Shown here one piece after another: positions 12,486 through 24,754 of a stretch of DNA of 64,000 nt. The DNA is from Prorocentrum cordatum. Its lineage: Eukaryota. The notes under the pieces were generated by a model that made no database searches, was not told the DNA's origin, and saw only the letters and a program-made list of their open reading frames with translations. Within the stretch, counting starts at the first letter, position 1, and the number at the start of each line of letters is the position of its first letter. A program made the translations under genes and the position numbers. Location of the stretch: assembly GCA_963575745.1 (NCBI GenBank), contig CAUYUJ010000042.1, positions 1 to 64,000 on the forward strand, in the 5' to 3' direction.

Positions 12486-13585
12486 AGGGGCGGGTACACG
12501 CCATGGCACAACCTTCGCGTGGACGGAGGTCGGCCGAGGCCCACCTCGTGCGAGGCGTGGTTCGGGAACAAAAAACACCTCAGGTTGACCGCTCCCTAGA
12601 GAAGCTGAAGGACAGGATGAGGAACGATTCTCTTCGAGGTTTCGGTGGTTTGCTTTCGTGCTGTTTTTTTCATCCAGGGACCTTTTGAGGTTTCTGGGGA
12701 TTTGCAGGCGCTTCCAAGGATTCCCAGCGGCTCCGAAGACCTTGAGAGGCCCCTTGGGGCGGGGGGGGCTCCTCGTTCCGCCCCTTTGAAACATCGAGCG
12801 CCTTTGCTTGTGCCTCTTCCTGCCTCTTCCTGCCTCTTCTTCCTCATGTGCTTTTGCTTTCCTCTCGTCCACCTCGTCTTTCTCCGCTAGTTCCTCCTCC
12901 ATCCCTTGTCCTTATACGCAACCACTCTTACTCGCGCCTCTCTGTAGAGCTGTCCGGGCATTTCGCTTGAGACTCTGTCGCTATTGCGTACGAGTGGAGT
13001 GCGGGCTGTTTTCGAAATGAGCCTCTCCCGCGTCAGCGCCACGCGCGTTTGTCTTAATCGTTTTTCAGCAGTGGCAGGTATGAAGGGCGGGCCTTGTTCA
13101 GCATGCTTTTCGCTTGAGTGCTGCACGCAATCGTCTTTAGACGCTTCCAACGCTCCCAAGGATGGAGGGCGGCCCGTTCTCGAAGTCGTGTTCTCGCTTT
13201 TTCGCTTCCCCACGTACTACGACTTCCCGAAGTGTGAGCAGGCGCGGCATTTACTTGGTCGGAGCGCGGTTCGTTTTCGCACCGGGGCTCTCGTTCGACA
13301 TCTCTCTTTGGTATGTGTCCCCCGACGTCCGACAATGTGTTACAGTGACACGGGTGCGGGGCAGGCCTTTTTTGCAAAACAAAAAAAAACCCGAGACTTC
13401 CTTCAAGCCCGACCCAGTGCGCAACACTGTGTGACTGGAGGTTTGGGGGTGAGGCCAACGTAAACCGGGGTCGCCCGACCAGATGTTGATTTTCGACTTC
13501 GATTCGTGCCGTGCGCGCGGGCGAAGCAGCGCGAGGTCTTGCACTCGAGTGGCTCAGGTCACACCAAAATGAGTCGAGGATCTCC

Positions 13586-13860
13586 AGGGCGTGCCGTGGG
13601 TTGTCCCGCGGCCGCCCCGCGGTATTCCCATGGCGTGCCCGGACTTGTCCCGCGGCTGTCCAGTAATGGCCCCGCGGTTTTCCCGTGGTCGTCCTGTGGT
13701 TGTCCCTGATTGTCCCGCGGTTGTCCCGTGGTTGTCCTGTGCTTTTCCCATGGTTGTCGCGTGGTTCTCCCGTGTCTGTCTTGTCCCGTGGTATTCCTAT
13801 GGTTTGCTCGTGGCTGTGGCTGTTCCATGGTTTTCTTGTGGTTGTCTTGTCTGTACACAA
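13586..13860. repeat. Degenerate (GTTGTCCCGTG)n ~11-bp array
   Basis: Repeated gttgtcccgcg/ccgtggtt units. Confidence 0.8.
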
Positions 13861-14334
13861 ATGGTGAAGCCGATGTCCATACTTCTCTTCGAGATGCATA
13901 AGAGCTGTCTGCGGCAAACCACGCCACTGGGCCTGTGGAACAGCGCTGCAAGAAGAAGACTGGGTGTAGGCACGGCACAATTTCGACAAGTGGTATGCTA
14001 AAGACGGGTCGTGAATAAGATCTCGTCCTCGTCCGCGCGGTAGGAAGGAAGTCGAGTTCACCCCGCGGCAGTTCAGCGAGTGGTCTGAATTGGGGAGGGT
14101 CGTTATCCCGACATCGTCTTCGTCCGCGCAGTAGGGAGGAGGAGGAGGAGGAGGAGGAGGAGGAGGAGGAGGAGGAGGAAGAGGAGGAGGAGGAGGAGGA
14201 GGAGGAGGAGAAGGAGGAGAGGAGCAGAAACAGGAGGAGGAGGAAGAAAACGAAGAAGAGGAGGAACAATCTGAGGAGGAGGAGGAGGAAGAGAAGAGAA
14301 GGAGGAGACCGAGAACATGAGGGCGAGGAAGCGG

Positions 14335-14960
14335 AAGTTTCTTGGGGCCCTCTTGGGGCCTTCTGGGGGCCTTCTAGGAGCCTCCTGGGGGGCCTCTTGG
14401 GGGTCCCTTGGGGGCCTCCTGGTGCCTCTTGGGGGCCTCCTGGGACCTCTTGAGGCGATTGGCCCGTCTGACGCCTTCGGAGGGCGTCTTGGGGGCATCT
14501 CTGGGCCGTGTTGGTATCCTCTCGGAGCGGGCTCCTCTAGGGAGGCACGTTGGCGATCTCGGGGTCCTCTTAGGCCTACTCGGGGCCCTCTTGGGGGCCT
14601 CATGGGTTGTCTAAGAGCTATCTTGGAGGCCTCTTAGGCCATCTTGGGCGGTCGGATGCCCAAACATACGAGAGCCTCAAAATCTGTCGAAAGCCTTTGG
14701 AAATGAAGGGTGTTGTTTCCTCGGGCTCTCTTGGAGGGCCTCTTGGAGGCCACAAGACAGCCCAACAGGGCGCCTAGAGGCTCCCAAGAGAGTCCCACGC
14801 GGGCCCGAAGAGGCCCCAAGGAGATCCCCAAGACGGCCAACACCCTCCAAGACGCTCCAAGACGGCCCAAAAGGGCCCCAGGACGGCCCACGAGGACCCG
14901 AAGAGGGCCCAGCACGGCCCCAACAGGACCTCCAAGAAGGCCCAGAGACGCCAACCTCGT
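14335..14960. repeat. (GGGGCCTCTTG)n array followed by its reverse complement (CCAAGAGGCCC)n; foldback-like
   Basis: Polarity switches near 14750; same motif family at about 53575-53900. Confidence 0.7.
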
Positions 14961-14961
14961 G

Positions 14962-15390
14962 ACACCAGGGCTCCCCAGAGCGAGCGGTGACATAAACAAC
15001 TTTTAACACCAGGGCTCCTAAGAGCGAGCGATGACGGAAAAAGCTCTGAGCACCAAGGCTCCGACGAGCGAACGGTGACGTTACAAGCTCTGAACACCAA
15101 GGCTCCCAATAGCGAGCGGTGACGTAAACAGGTCTGAACACCAAGGCTCCCAAGAGCCCATAGTGACGTGGCAAGCTTTTAACCTCAAGGCTCCGACGAG
15201 CGAACGGTGACGTAACAAGCTCTGAACACCAAGGCACCCAAGAGCTTACACTGACGTGACAAGCTCTTGACACCAAGGCTCCCAAGAGCGAGCGGTCACG
15301 TAAAAAGCTTTGAATACCAAGGCTCACAACAGCGATCGGTGATGCAACACACTCTCAACACCAATGCTCCCATGAGCGAACGGTGCCACT
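14962..15390. repeat. 44-bp minisatellite, about 10 copies
   Basis: Unit acaccaaggctcccaagagcgagcggtgacgtaacaagctctga; starts at 14962, 15006, 15050... Confidence 0.9.
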
Positions 15391-15476
15391 AGCCATCTCG
15401 GGCAGGTTTCTGAAGCGCACGTTCCGTTCCCGTGCTGGCCCAGGTTCTGAGACGCTCATTCGGGAGCCTTGAGACG

Positions 15477-15670
15477 TGGGTCAATGCAAAGGGGGGTCAG
15501 CCAGAGCGCCCGATCTTGCAGGATCCTGCAGGGCCAGGGTCGCATTGACCCGGGTTTGGGTGCAGGATCCTGCAGGATCCTTCGCATTGACCCGGATTTG
15601 GGTGCAGGGTCCTGCAGGGTTTTGCTGGATTTTGCAAGGCCTGACTGACCCGGGTCTGGATTGAACCGGG
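15477..15670. mobile_element. MITE family F (gggtcaatgc...gcaggatcctgc...ctgactgaccc...gattgaccc); second copy at about 52706-52860
   Basis: Two dispersed copies with inverted termini and internal GCAGGATCCTGC palindromes. Confidence 0.75.
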
Positions 15671-15789
15671 TCAGAAGATTCCCGTCTCAATCCGCGCAGG
15701 CACGGTGCAGGCACGGTGGCGGATTTGGGAGTTAGGTACCCTACATGCGGCAGAATTTGGTGGTTCTCGGCAAGTGTGCAGGCCAGCTG

Positions 15790-16900
15790 CGGACATATTC
15801 CCAGCACGTGCGCCTCTTGCGCACGTCTTGGCTCCTGGAGACAAGCGATACAGTCTTGAAGCTGCGGCGCGCACTGCCCGAAGAGGCCTGGTCTTCATTT
15901 CTGCTGACGGACTCCAAATCCATTTTAGGGACAACGCTGGCGGACCAGATAACCTCCTGCCCACTGTCACGATTTCTTTCTGCTGGGACACGTCGGAGCA
16001 TCCCGATCCCTCTGCCTTGCAGAAGCAGATGATCGTCGACACGTTGGAAAAGGAGCGCAGCAAGTATCACGGCCGAGCAGGCGAAATTTACGGCTTCGTG
16101 GATATGGGCGTCTTCTGGGGTTGCCCATCGTTGGTGCATGGTGATTTGCGTAGTAAGGCCGAGGCGGCGAAAAAAGCGGCGCCCTGGCAATGGAACAGCT
16201 AGGAGGACGCCGAGAAGGCAGCTGCAGCGGCGAAGCGCACGCCAGCCGAGAAGGCGGCTCTCGCTAATTGCGCTGCACCACACCATGGAGCTGTGGCACG
16301 CGCACCGCGACACTGCGGTCTACCTAATTACGCAGCACCGAAGCAAACGAGGCAGCCAGCGCCCGCGAGGTTACTCGGAGTCTGGTTGGACTACCTTTGA
16401 GCGCTGCTCAGCTAAGCAAATCAAGCAGCTCAAAGCCAACAAGGAGATCGTCAAATGGATGCTCCGGCACCACATGCCGAAATTCAGCGACGACGGGGTT
16501 TCCGTTGCCAACCGGCGCTGGCCAACAGGCCCTGATGACTTTGACGCGATGATCGCGTCTCTGTCGTTTGCCACTGGCTTCGGCCGCGGGTCCGTGAAGC
16601 AGCTCTTCCGGCAGATGGGCGTGGGCCAGCTTGGTAGCCTCAAGGAGTGGTATCTCGAGTCGCCTCCATCAGATCCCTGTGACATGGACCAGCTCGGAGG
16701 CCGTGTGGTGTTCTGTGAGGAGCACGGTCAGAGCATGCAGGCGCTGGCAGGGCGCCGGACCACTGCAGCAGCCCCGCTCCCTCTGCCTCAGCGCCTGGCT
16801 CTCGACTGGAATCTGACTCGCGGCGCGGGCGCCGAGGCGCCGTGGCGCGCCTCCCGCGCCCCGCGCCCGGGCCGACGCAGCTCGAGCTCAGCCAGAACGA
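15790..16900 (+). pseudogene. Intronless HET-like domain + LRR protein pseudogene
   Basis: ISFCWDTSEHPDP, MGVFWG, MELWHAH..TAVY and SGWTTFE motifs split across two frames; LRR-like QRLALDWNL..AGAEA; frameshifts. Confidence 0.65.
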
Positions 16901-19363
16901 GGTCGGAGGAGAGGACGCTGCGGCGCCGGCGCGTACCCGGACCCCCTCGAGTCCTGAACAAATCACGACGGGAGGTTCTTCCATATTTTCAGCCTCCGGG
17001 GGGCCCCGCTGGGCCTCGGGACCATCCAAAAACGACTCAGGATGAAGAGCAGGTCCCGGGGAAAAGGGGTCCAGACCTCTGGGGGTGGACGTCATGAGAA
17101 AAAAAACATGACGTCGGTGGCTTGGGTACGCTGCCGAGCCTCCCGAAGCTGCAGGCGTGGTGCCCTAGTGGGAGCAGGGGATCGGCGAGGCGGGCGCGTG
17201 GCGCGCGCGCTGCCCAAGGCTGCCGAAGCTGGGCAGCCTCGGGGCCGGCACGAGCGCGAGCGGGGCCCGCGGGCGCCAGGGGGCTGGCCGGCGCGCTCCC
17301 CTGCGCCCCCTTTCCACGACGCTGGCTGCTCTCCTCCCTGCGGGTCCCCGCTGGTCCCCTGCTGTCGTAAGGCGCGGACCTGCCCGCCCCCTGCGCGGTC
17401 ACCGAGCTGGTTCGCTCGCGCACGTTGGAGGTTTCACTTCGTCTCTGGCCGTGGCTTGCCGCCTCACCCCAGCTTGCTTCCTCCCGCTCTCTCGGCACGC
17501 GGTGCTTGGGTTCCACGTCGAGCGCCGGGCGAGGCGTCGGGGCTGCAGAGGCTCCTGGTCCACAACGCGACGAGGCCGGAGGGCGGATTCCACAGTGGTG
17601 GGCAGGGAGGGCGCCGAAGCGCTGCCCTCCGCCCGGAACACACCATCAGACACAGATCCGCGATCTCGGCACTGCCATCGACTAGCACCGATGGCTGCTG
17701 CCAGGGATGCTGCGATGCTGATGGCTGCAGTGGCGCTGCCGCAGCATTCATCTCCCGGTCGAGCCCAGCGACATGCCTTGCAGGAAGTTGGTGCCAAACA
17801 TGTACACATAATGGAGAGTGGCGAGCGCCTCGGATTCGACTCCTCTTTCTGGCTGGTCTGCCAGCCCAGGGGCTCATTACGATTCGACGGGGGAGCAGTG
17901 TCTCATGCAGCCTTTCGTGCTGGCCCACCGTATTTTCCAGACGCTCGTTCAAATTCCAGACACTTCGCCTGACCATCATGAAACCTGCCTGTGACTTGGT
18001 CGCATCAGAATGTGGCTGACGAGCGGCGTTCCCTGCAGCGACGCACTTGCAGAAAGCGTGGTTCTGCCTACCCCCTTGCTTCAAGGTGGCCGAGGAGAGA
18101 GCGACCAGTGGTCGGTAATGCTCGCTGTGTGCAGGTCCAGGCCCGTCCGAGCATTCCGTTACAGGGCCAACCGCCAGGCCGCGAGGGGCATTGCGTTCCG
18201 CACGAGGAGCACCAGGGGGGAGCGAGAGCGAGATCGAGAGCGAGCAGCGGCGAGTTGTGCCCGCTCCTTGCGAGTCTGAGGCGACCGCAAACATGGCTCA
18301 AGAGGCCGTGGATCAGCGACGGGTCCCGTTTCCATCGGACATCGCGGATTTCTGCCGCCGAACTATGCGGCACCGACCGCATTTTGGGGAGGACACCTCC
18401 CCCGATCCATGGATTTGGCGCGCATGTTTGCGCGCTCCCAAGAGTCCTTGACTCGAAGAACAAAACACGGCATACATATGATTTCTCGGACTTCCGAGAA
18501 AGTGTGTTTCTGCCACAGCTCGCTCCTCTACTTAACGCCCGTCCAAACACTCGAGCGTGGCCAGCGTCGATACGAGATCATCCCGTCTCAGGGGGGAGTG
18601 TGAGTGGCGCCCAAGCGAGAGCGACTCGCGGCTGACTGTGCCCGCTGCTTGCGGGTCCAAACGCCCAGACGAACACCAGAATGTGTCTGGCGCCGTGGCG
18701 CGTCCTTGTCCCTCTCAACTTGCTCCGCTACAGCAAAGCCGAGCTCGAACGTCAGGCTACGGCCAATCAAGGGGCCTTCCGAGGTTGCTTTCTGGACTTT
18801 GTCCTGGGACTCATGACTCCTGACTCCTTCTCCTCCTTCTTCCATCCCCCTCTTCCTTCAAGACCCTCTTTTCCTCTCCCTCGTACCCTGCTTCCCTCCC
18901 TCCTTCCGTCTCCCCCCCCGCCCCTCCCGAGGTCTTCTCAGGCCCTCGGAGGACTCCCGACGCCCCGACGAGGTCCAAACAAGGACTCAAACACAATCAT
19001 CGCTCCTTCCCTCCCCGCGTGCCCTTTCCGGCTCGTCGTGTCCTTCGCCGCCGTCCTTTTCCCGTCGCCGCCCTCGTCGCCGTCTTCGTGGCCCCTGTCC
19101 TCCTCGTCGTCGTTGGCGTCCTCGTCCTCCTCCCCAGACCCCCGACGTCGTGATCTTTTTACGACGCCGACCCCCAGAGTTCCCGACCCTTTTTCCCCAT
19201 GGCTGGCTCCTCGTCCGGAGCCGTTCTTGCTACGCCCCCGAGGCCCGGTAGGGGGGGGCCCCCAGAGGCCGCAGCTGCAGAGAGGCCTCCCGCCGTGAGT
19301 GCCACGTGGCTCGAGGGGGCCCCGCAGCCCCTGGAGGCAGACCTGCGCGCCCCCCTATTCCTC

Positions 19364-19550
19364 GGGGGCGGAAAAGAGGTGATGACTACGGGGGGGGTGG
19401 ATATCATGGCGGGGGCCATGATATCTCCCCAGATCTCAAGGCGCGTCTTATTATTCCATTACGTCCCTGGCCCCCCCGCTGGGCCGCGCACATGTCGCCG
19501 GTCATGATTTGCACCCCCCCCTCTTGGACACCCCCCTCTTGGCCGCTCCC
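19364..19550. mobile_element. MITE family G (GGGGCGG.AAAGAGG ... CCTCTTGGCCGCTCCC); second copy at about 22858-23092
   Basis: Two dispersed copies with inverted termini and cccccctcttggaca subrepeats. Confidence 0.75.
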
Positions 19551-19594
19551 GAGATTCCCTCCCTTCTCCCCCCGCGCGCCGCGCGCCATGGGCC

Positions 19595-19668
19595 ATGGCA
19601 GACCTCTACGGGGTGCTGGGCGTCGCGCCCGCGGCCTCGGCGGCCGAGGTGCGGAGCGCCTACCGGAG
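19595..19668 (+). CDS. J-domain (DnaJ/Hsp40-type) protein, exon 1
   Basis: MADLYGVLGVAPAASAAEVRSAYRR matches J-domain helices I-II; ends AG|GC (phase 2). Confidence 0.85.
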
Positions 19669-20097
19669 GCGCGCGCCCGCGCGCGGGCCGGGCGGAGCGC
19701 GCAGTGGAGAGACCCGCGCGCCGAGACACTCCTCCTCCTCCTCCTCCTCCTCCTCCTCCTCCTCCTCCTCCTCCTCCTCCTCCTCCTCCACCCCCTCCTC
19801 CCCCTGCTCGCCGAGAGCAGCCCAACGCGACGACCGTCTTTCTGCGTCTGTCCCCGGGGTGGTCCAGGACGGGCCCGGCCTTCCTGACTGGATGGTCCGG
19901 GACGTCCGGGCTGGTCCGGGACGTCCTGCGTCTGAGTCTGGTCCTGGCCCTCCCGACTGTGTTCTCCCGGGACGGCCCAGGAGATGGTCCGGCCTTGCTG
20001 GCGCTGGCCTCGCCGGCTTAGAGGTGCGCGCGCCCGAGCGATGCCAACGGGGGGTGGCAGTGGAGGCCCGTGCCAAGAGACGCCCTGCTTGCCTGAA

Positions 20098-20252
20098 GTC
20101 GGGCCTGTCCTCCTACAGGGGGATTTTGGAGGAAAGGACGAAAGCAAATTGTCAAAAAATGCCGCAACATGATCAAACGATACCAGAAAATCGTCCCCTG
20201 ACTATTTTTTAACTACTTCTTAATATTCCTCCTGTAGAGGGACAGGCCCGAC
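20098..20252. mobile_element. MITE family C (TIR GTCGGGCCTGTCCCYCTACAGG, TTAA-like flanks); other copies at about 27432-27698, 45590-45742, 48641, 49123-49272, 50414-50572 and 50816-50967
   Basis: aagtcgggcctgtcc..ctacagg ... cctgtag.gggacaggcccgacttaa around an AT-rich ~110-bp core. Confidence 0.85.
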
Positions 20253-20311
20253 TTAATGCTTGGCTCCAGGGTGCCCGTGGGTTTCTTCGGTGTCGACGGC
20301 TTGGCTAATGG

Positions 20312-20488
20312 AGGGTGACGATTAATAAATGACCGGGGGTCGTGTTCACGCGGCGGCGCCCGGGATGACGATTAGAAAAACCGACCGCGGGCTGGAAAAC
20401 TATGTTTTTGTATCGTTCTCCTCCAGTCAGAAATAGCAGACAACTATTGTTTAATCGTTCTCTCTCATTTTTTATTAATCGTCATCCC
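20312..20488. mobile_element. Short TIR element (GGG.TGACGATTAATAAA)
   Basis: gggtgacgattaataaa ... tttattaatcgtcatccc inverted termini. Confidence 0.6.
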
Positions 20489-20597
20489 GCATTATGGAAA
20501 GCGTGGCGTTCCCCACCCCAAAAAAGTGACGTCCTGGGGTCTCGGGGTTGAGTTTCTTGGGGAGCGTTTCCTGTGGACTGGCCTCCCCTGCACTGTA

Positions 20598-20773
20598 CAG
20601 TCGGGGCCCTGAAGAAGGAACCCTGTTCGTTGGGGAGGGGCTCCGTGTTCCTTGATTGTTTCACAGCTTGCCTCAGGTGTTCCCTAGGTTTTCGATGGGG
20701 AATCGAGCTTTCACTGATGGGAAATAGGGGCCTCGTTCCTTATTTAGGGTTCCTTAGGCCAGCGCCCCGACGG
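20598..20773. mobile_element. MITE family A copy
   Basis: ta-cagtcggggccctga ... cagcgccccgacgg. Confidence 0.8.
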
Positions 20774-21059
20774 AACGGTAGGTTCGCGCCGTGTCGATCG
20801 CCGGCGGCCCCGCCGCTGGCGCTCCACGCGGAGCGCCGCAGGCGACCCACAATCGGTCGATGTTGAAGGATCTCGCAGGCTTAGAGGTTGACACCAACAC
20901 CAGTCTCGGCGGTGTGCCTCCATCGAGGGAAGAGGATCCCGATCTCGGTGATGGTGGTAATATTCTGGCTTCCAAGGTAAGCGAAATATTACCACCAACA
21001 CCGAAATCGAGGATCATCTTCCTCCTGTGGAGGCAACCCCCTGCGTTGGTGTTGCGCAG

Positions 21060-21176
21060 GCTGGCGCTGCGCACGCACCCGGACAAGGGTGGCTCGTCCG
21101 AGGCCTTCCGGAGGGTGCTGCGCGCTTTCGAGGTGCTGTCGAGCACGCGGGCGCGAGCCGCCTACGACACGAGGAG
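21060..21176 (+). CDS. J-domain protein, exon 2 (HPD motif)
   Basis: cAG|G acceptor joins exon 1 in frame to give YRRLALRTHPDKGGSSEAFRRVLRAFEVLSSTRARAAYD; ends AG|GT. Confidence 0.88.
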
Positions 21177-22452
21177 GTCCGCGCTGAGCGCCCCCCCATC
21201 TCCATCACATTTCCTGTCCGTCCATCGCTTTTCTTCTCTCCCTGCCTCCTTCCGAGCTCTCTCATCCTGCACGTTGCCTCCTTTGTCCGCGTGCCTCCTT
21301 CCTCCGTCCTTCCCCTGCTTCGCTTCTCACGTCTCCGTCGTCTGTCCTCCTTCCCTCTCCTCCCGACTCTTCTCTTCGGCCCCCTCCCGTTGCCCGCAGA
21401 TCGTCCCAATATGCTCCCGACGTGTGGTCAAGACGCCTCGCGTGAGCGACGCAGTGGCTCCTTGGGAAATGCAGGCAAAGCTCGAAGCGCCCCCCAGCAC
21501 GAGCATGCCCGCCAGAGTCTCACCCAGTCATGTGCGGCACCCCCTCAAATGCGAAGCGGAACTGCAGTGCACGCTTCGGGATACCTTCACCTTGGTTTCG
21601 GAAGGGGCCCGATGTTCCTTGGGCCCATCCATGGGCGTGGATCCAGCTGCCAACAAGAATGCCCGAGGAGCTTTCACGGAGTACTGCACTGCCCCCCTTC
21701 CCAGGGTTTGTTCCGATCCGATCGGTCCGATTCGGTATCGATTCCAGCCGTCCCGATCCAATTCGATTCCAATATTTTTTTTCCGACGATCCGATGCTGT
21801 CCGATGCTTGCATGGCGTTGGTGCGTTCTTGCGCGGCCCACCCAATTCGATTCCGACTCCGTACCGATGCAGCCCGATCCAACGCACGTTCGGATTCGAT
21901 TCGATTTCCCGAGTCGATGCTCACTGATCTTGCCCCTCCTTTCTCCCTCACTGTCACTTCCTCCTCTACCCCTCCCACTTGTGCGTCGGCGCTCTCGCTG
22001 GCCGTAGGTTCGACGATCCAGTCCACCAAGATGGCGAGGTCTCCATTGGAGCTCTGTGTGCCGCTGGTTCGCTCGAGCCCCCCCTCCAGAGGCGCGGCGC
22101 AGGACACTTGGCAGCGCCCACTGTGAAGTACCCAGGGGGTCCACGCGGCGGGTTGCCATGCCGAAAGCGCTCCAGCTGAGCACGGGCGGTGGCGGCAGTT
22201 GCATGTTGGCCGCTCTCGCAGTTTTGTCCAGCGGCTTCGGTGCGCAATGATTGGCTCTCCCGCGCCCAAGCTGCTGCTGCAGTCGGACCGAGGCACAAGA
22301 TCGAGGCCGGTTCGAGGAGGCTACCCTCGTGTTCTTCGTGCTTGTGGGAGATGCTCTTGTTCTCGTGCATCCTGGGGAGGGTACCCATGGATGCTCTGTG
22401 TGGTTTGGCCGGCGGAGGGTTTCGTGTTCTCGAGGGATGTTCTTCTGGCCTA

Positions 22453-22716
22453 CAACCCTCGTCAAAATTAATCTCAAAAATGTCTGACGTGGTTGAACTG
22501 CTTGTCGGAAGATCTGGGGCCGTGTATCGATGAGTGCGGGGTACTTGCATGCGCCGCCCCTCCAATGTCGGTCGACGTCAAACTTTCGAGTCAACTTCGG
22601 TCAGACTATCTTTGCCCTCGCCCCGACATTGAAGGGGCGGCGTGTCGACAGTGAGGGGCGCGCCGAAATCGAAATGACGTGCCAGCAACTGTTGAGGTTA
22701 AGTTTGACGAGGGTAG
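22453..22716. mobile_element. TA-flanked TIR element (CWACCCTCGTCAAA.TTAA.CTCAA)
   Basis: ta-caaccctcgtcaaaattaatctcaa ... ttgaggttaagtttgacgagggtag-ta. Confidence 0.7.
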
Positions 22717-23231
22717 TAGGTCCGCCTGTGCCCCGCGCCTCGTGCCCCACGCCGCGGCTGGCCACAAGCAGCTTCTTGCGCCCCCCGCAGACGAGAGGAG
22801 GCACCGTGGGGGCCCGCCCGGCGGGCCCCCCTGCTGGAGCCCCACGACCCAGGAGTCGGGGGGCGGTAAAGAGGGGGATGACGACTAGGGGGGGGTGGAT
22901 ACCATGGCGGGGGCCAGGATATTTCCCCAGATCTCATGGCGCCTCTTCTTGCCTCATGACGTCCCTGGCCCCCCCGCTCTTGGACACCCCCCTCTTGGAC
23001 ACCCCCCCTCTTGGACACCCCCCTCTTGGCCGCTCTCTTGGACACCCAGAGTATGCACCCCCCCTCTTGGACACCCCCCTCTTGGCCGCTCCCGGAGGAG
23101 CGCGGAGGGGGACGCGCGGAGTCGTCTGGGCACCCGGCACCCCTGGTAAGCACCGAGGGGGGCCTCCGGTGCGCCGTGCGCGCCGCTCCGCTGGGCCTTC
23201 GGGGGGCGCGCGGGGCAGCGGCCGCTGTGAG

Positions 23232-23726
23232 TCAGGAGGGAAAACACACACACACACACAGACACAGACACACACACACAGACACAATTAATCGTCGCCT
23301 CCCAGGAAAATAGGGGAAAATATGGGAAGTGGGCGGGAAGACAGAAACCCAGACAATATGGGAAAATATATGGGGAATCTTTCTATTTGTGTGTATTTAT
23401 GTGTGTGTGTGTGTCCCTGGGCCCCTTCAGTGGGGTTGGCAGCGGTCGGAGAGGTGGGGTCTGCGGGTGGGGTCTGCGCAGGGCGTTCCAGGGAGGGCCT
23501 CGCGGCGGGCGCCATCGGGAGGGCGGAGGAAGCCTGCGGAAAGAGAGTGCCGCCCCCCATAATTGAAGGGGCCCAGGGACACACAAATAAATACACACAA
23601 ATAAAAAGATTCCCCATATTTTCCTATATTTTCTGGGTTTCTGCCTTCCCGCCCAATTCCCATATTTTCCCATATTTTTCGGGGAGGCGACGATCAATTG
23701 TGTCTGTGTGTTTTTTTCCCTCCTGA
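23232..23726. repeat. Inverted pair of a ~165-bp dispersed repeat (family D: tcaggaggg...acacaattaatcgtcg...tatttgtgtgtattt...gccccttca); solo copies at about 26562, 47938 and 49627
   Basis: 23232-23430 is the reverse complement of 23562-23726. Confidence 0.85.
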
Positions 23727-24600
23727 ATGATAGGTCGAGTTTTTGGGTGTTAGGCTGGTGTTGCCTTCTTTCGCCCACACGCTCCGGCGTATCCTCCTCC
23801 TCCTCCTCCTCCTCATCCCCTTGATGCCGTACCCGCTTGAGTTCCCGTACAGGCCGTATCCGCTTGAATGCCCGAACGCTTTAGTTTCCAGTCTGCGCAC
23901 GATGTACGTTAGAGGGTCGGCGCGCCGCCGTTCCCGAACAGCGGTGAGAACAGGCAGGCACTACCGTTCTTTGCCCACGCGCTCTGGCGCACGGCAGTAC
24001 TTGAAGACTTGAAGGTTTCCAGAACCCGCCACGTGGTGGGCCGCTCCGCTCAAATCCCCCAGAGGCGCATGAAGTCGCAGCTGCTGCACATGCGGCATCA
24101 TTCGAGGCTGGCGATGCACTGTTTGGTGATACGCGGCGTGCCGCTCCGCAATGCCCTTCAGGGCCGCAGGAAGTGGCAACGAATGCAGGCAAACTTGGTG
24201 ATACCCAGGGGTCTTCATGTACAACCTTTCTCGATTATCGAGTTTTGGCGAGGCAGCGTTCTGTGAGCAGGTGAAACATGCAAACCTGCAACGTTGTGTG
24301 AATCGTTGATGTTGATGTCTCCTCATCGCGTGCCTCACGCATGCGTTCACTCGCCTCTTGATGCCTTCGTGGCCATAGGTCTGCGTGGCGTCGCCTAGAA
24401 CAGGAGCCACACGCGAGTCTTACGCATTGCTGGCTCTTGCATCACATTGTCTTGCGACGACGTTTAGTCTATCATGTCTGTCTCTGGACTTACCCACGTG
24501 TTGTTAACAGCCTGCCCAGAGGGCGGCCTGGCTTGGCTTTCTCACAGCTCTCGACAGCGCTCCGCTGCTATGGGCTAGCTCGGACGCTACTCCGAGTTTC

Positions 24601-24754
24601 TTAATAAGCGTCGGGGGGCGTCACCCCCGCCGACAGCCCCGCATCGACCACCGTCGCGGGCAGCCACCGCGCGCCGAAGGCGCTCCGACCCCCGTCGCGG
24701 CGCGACGACGAGGCGAGGTTGACCCCCGTCGGGGGTACCCCCCCACCCTTATTA
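24601..24754. mobile_element. TTAA-flanked short TIR element
   Basis: ttaataagcgtcggggggcgtcacccccg ... cgggggtaccccccacccttattaa. Confidence 0.65.

Noticed and set aside
11774..12902. Poly-Met/Ile/His/Ser ORFs
   Set aside because: Artefacts of the (GAT)n microsatellite.
14962..15390. CRISPR-like regular array
   Set aside because: The units are contiguous 44-bp degenerate tandem copies without unique spacers, there are no cas genes, and the context is eukaryotic.
17464..18294. 276-aa minus-strand ORF with an SxH..PL motif reminiscent of an endonuclease C-terminus
   Set aside because: No other EEP or RT motifs; cannot be supported.
21400..24420. Lower-GC coding-like patches with Cys pairs inside the J-gene intron
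   Set aside because: Fragmented by stops and MITEs; no recognisable domain.
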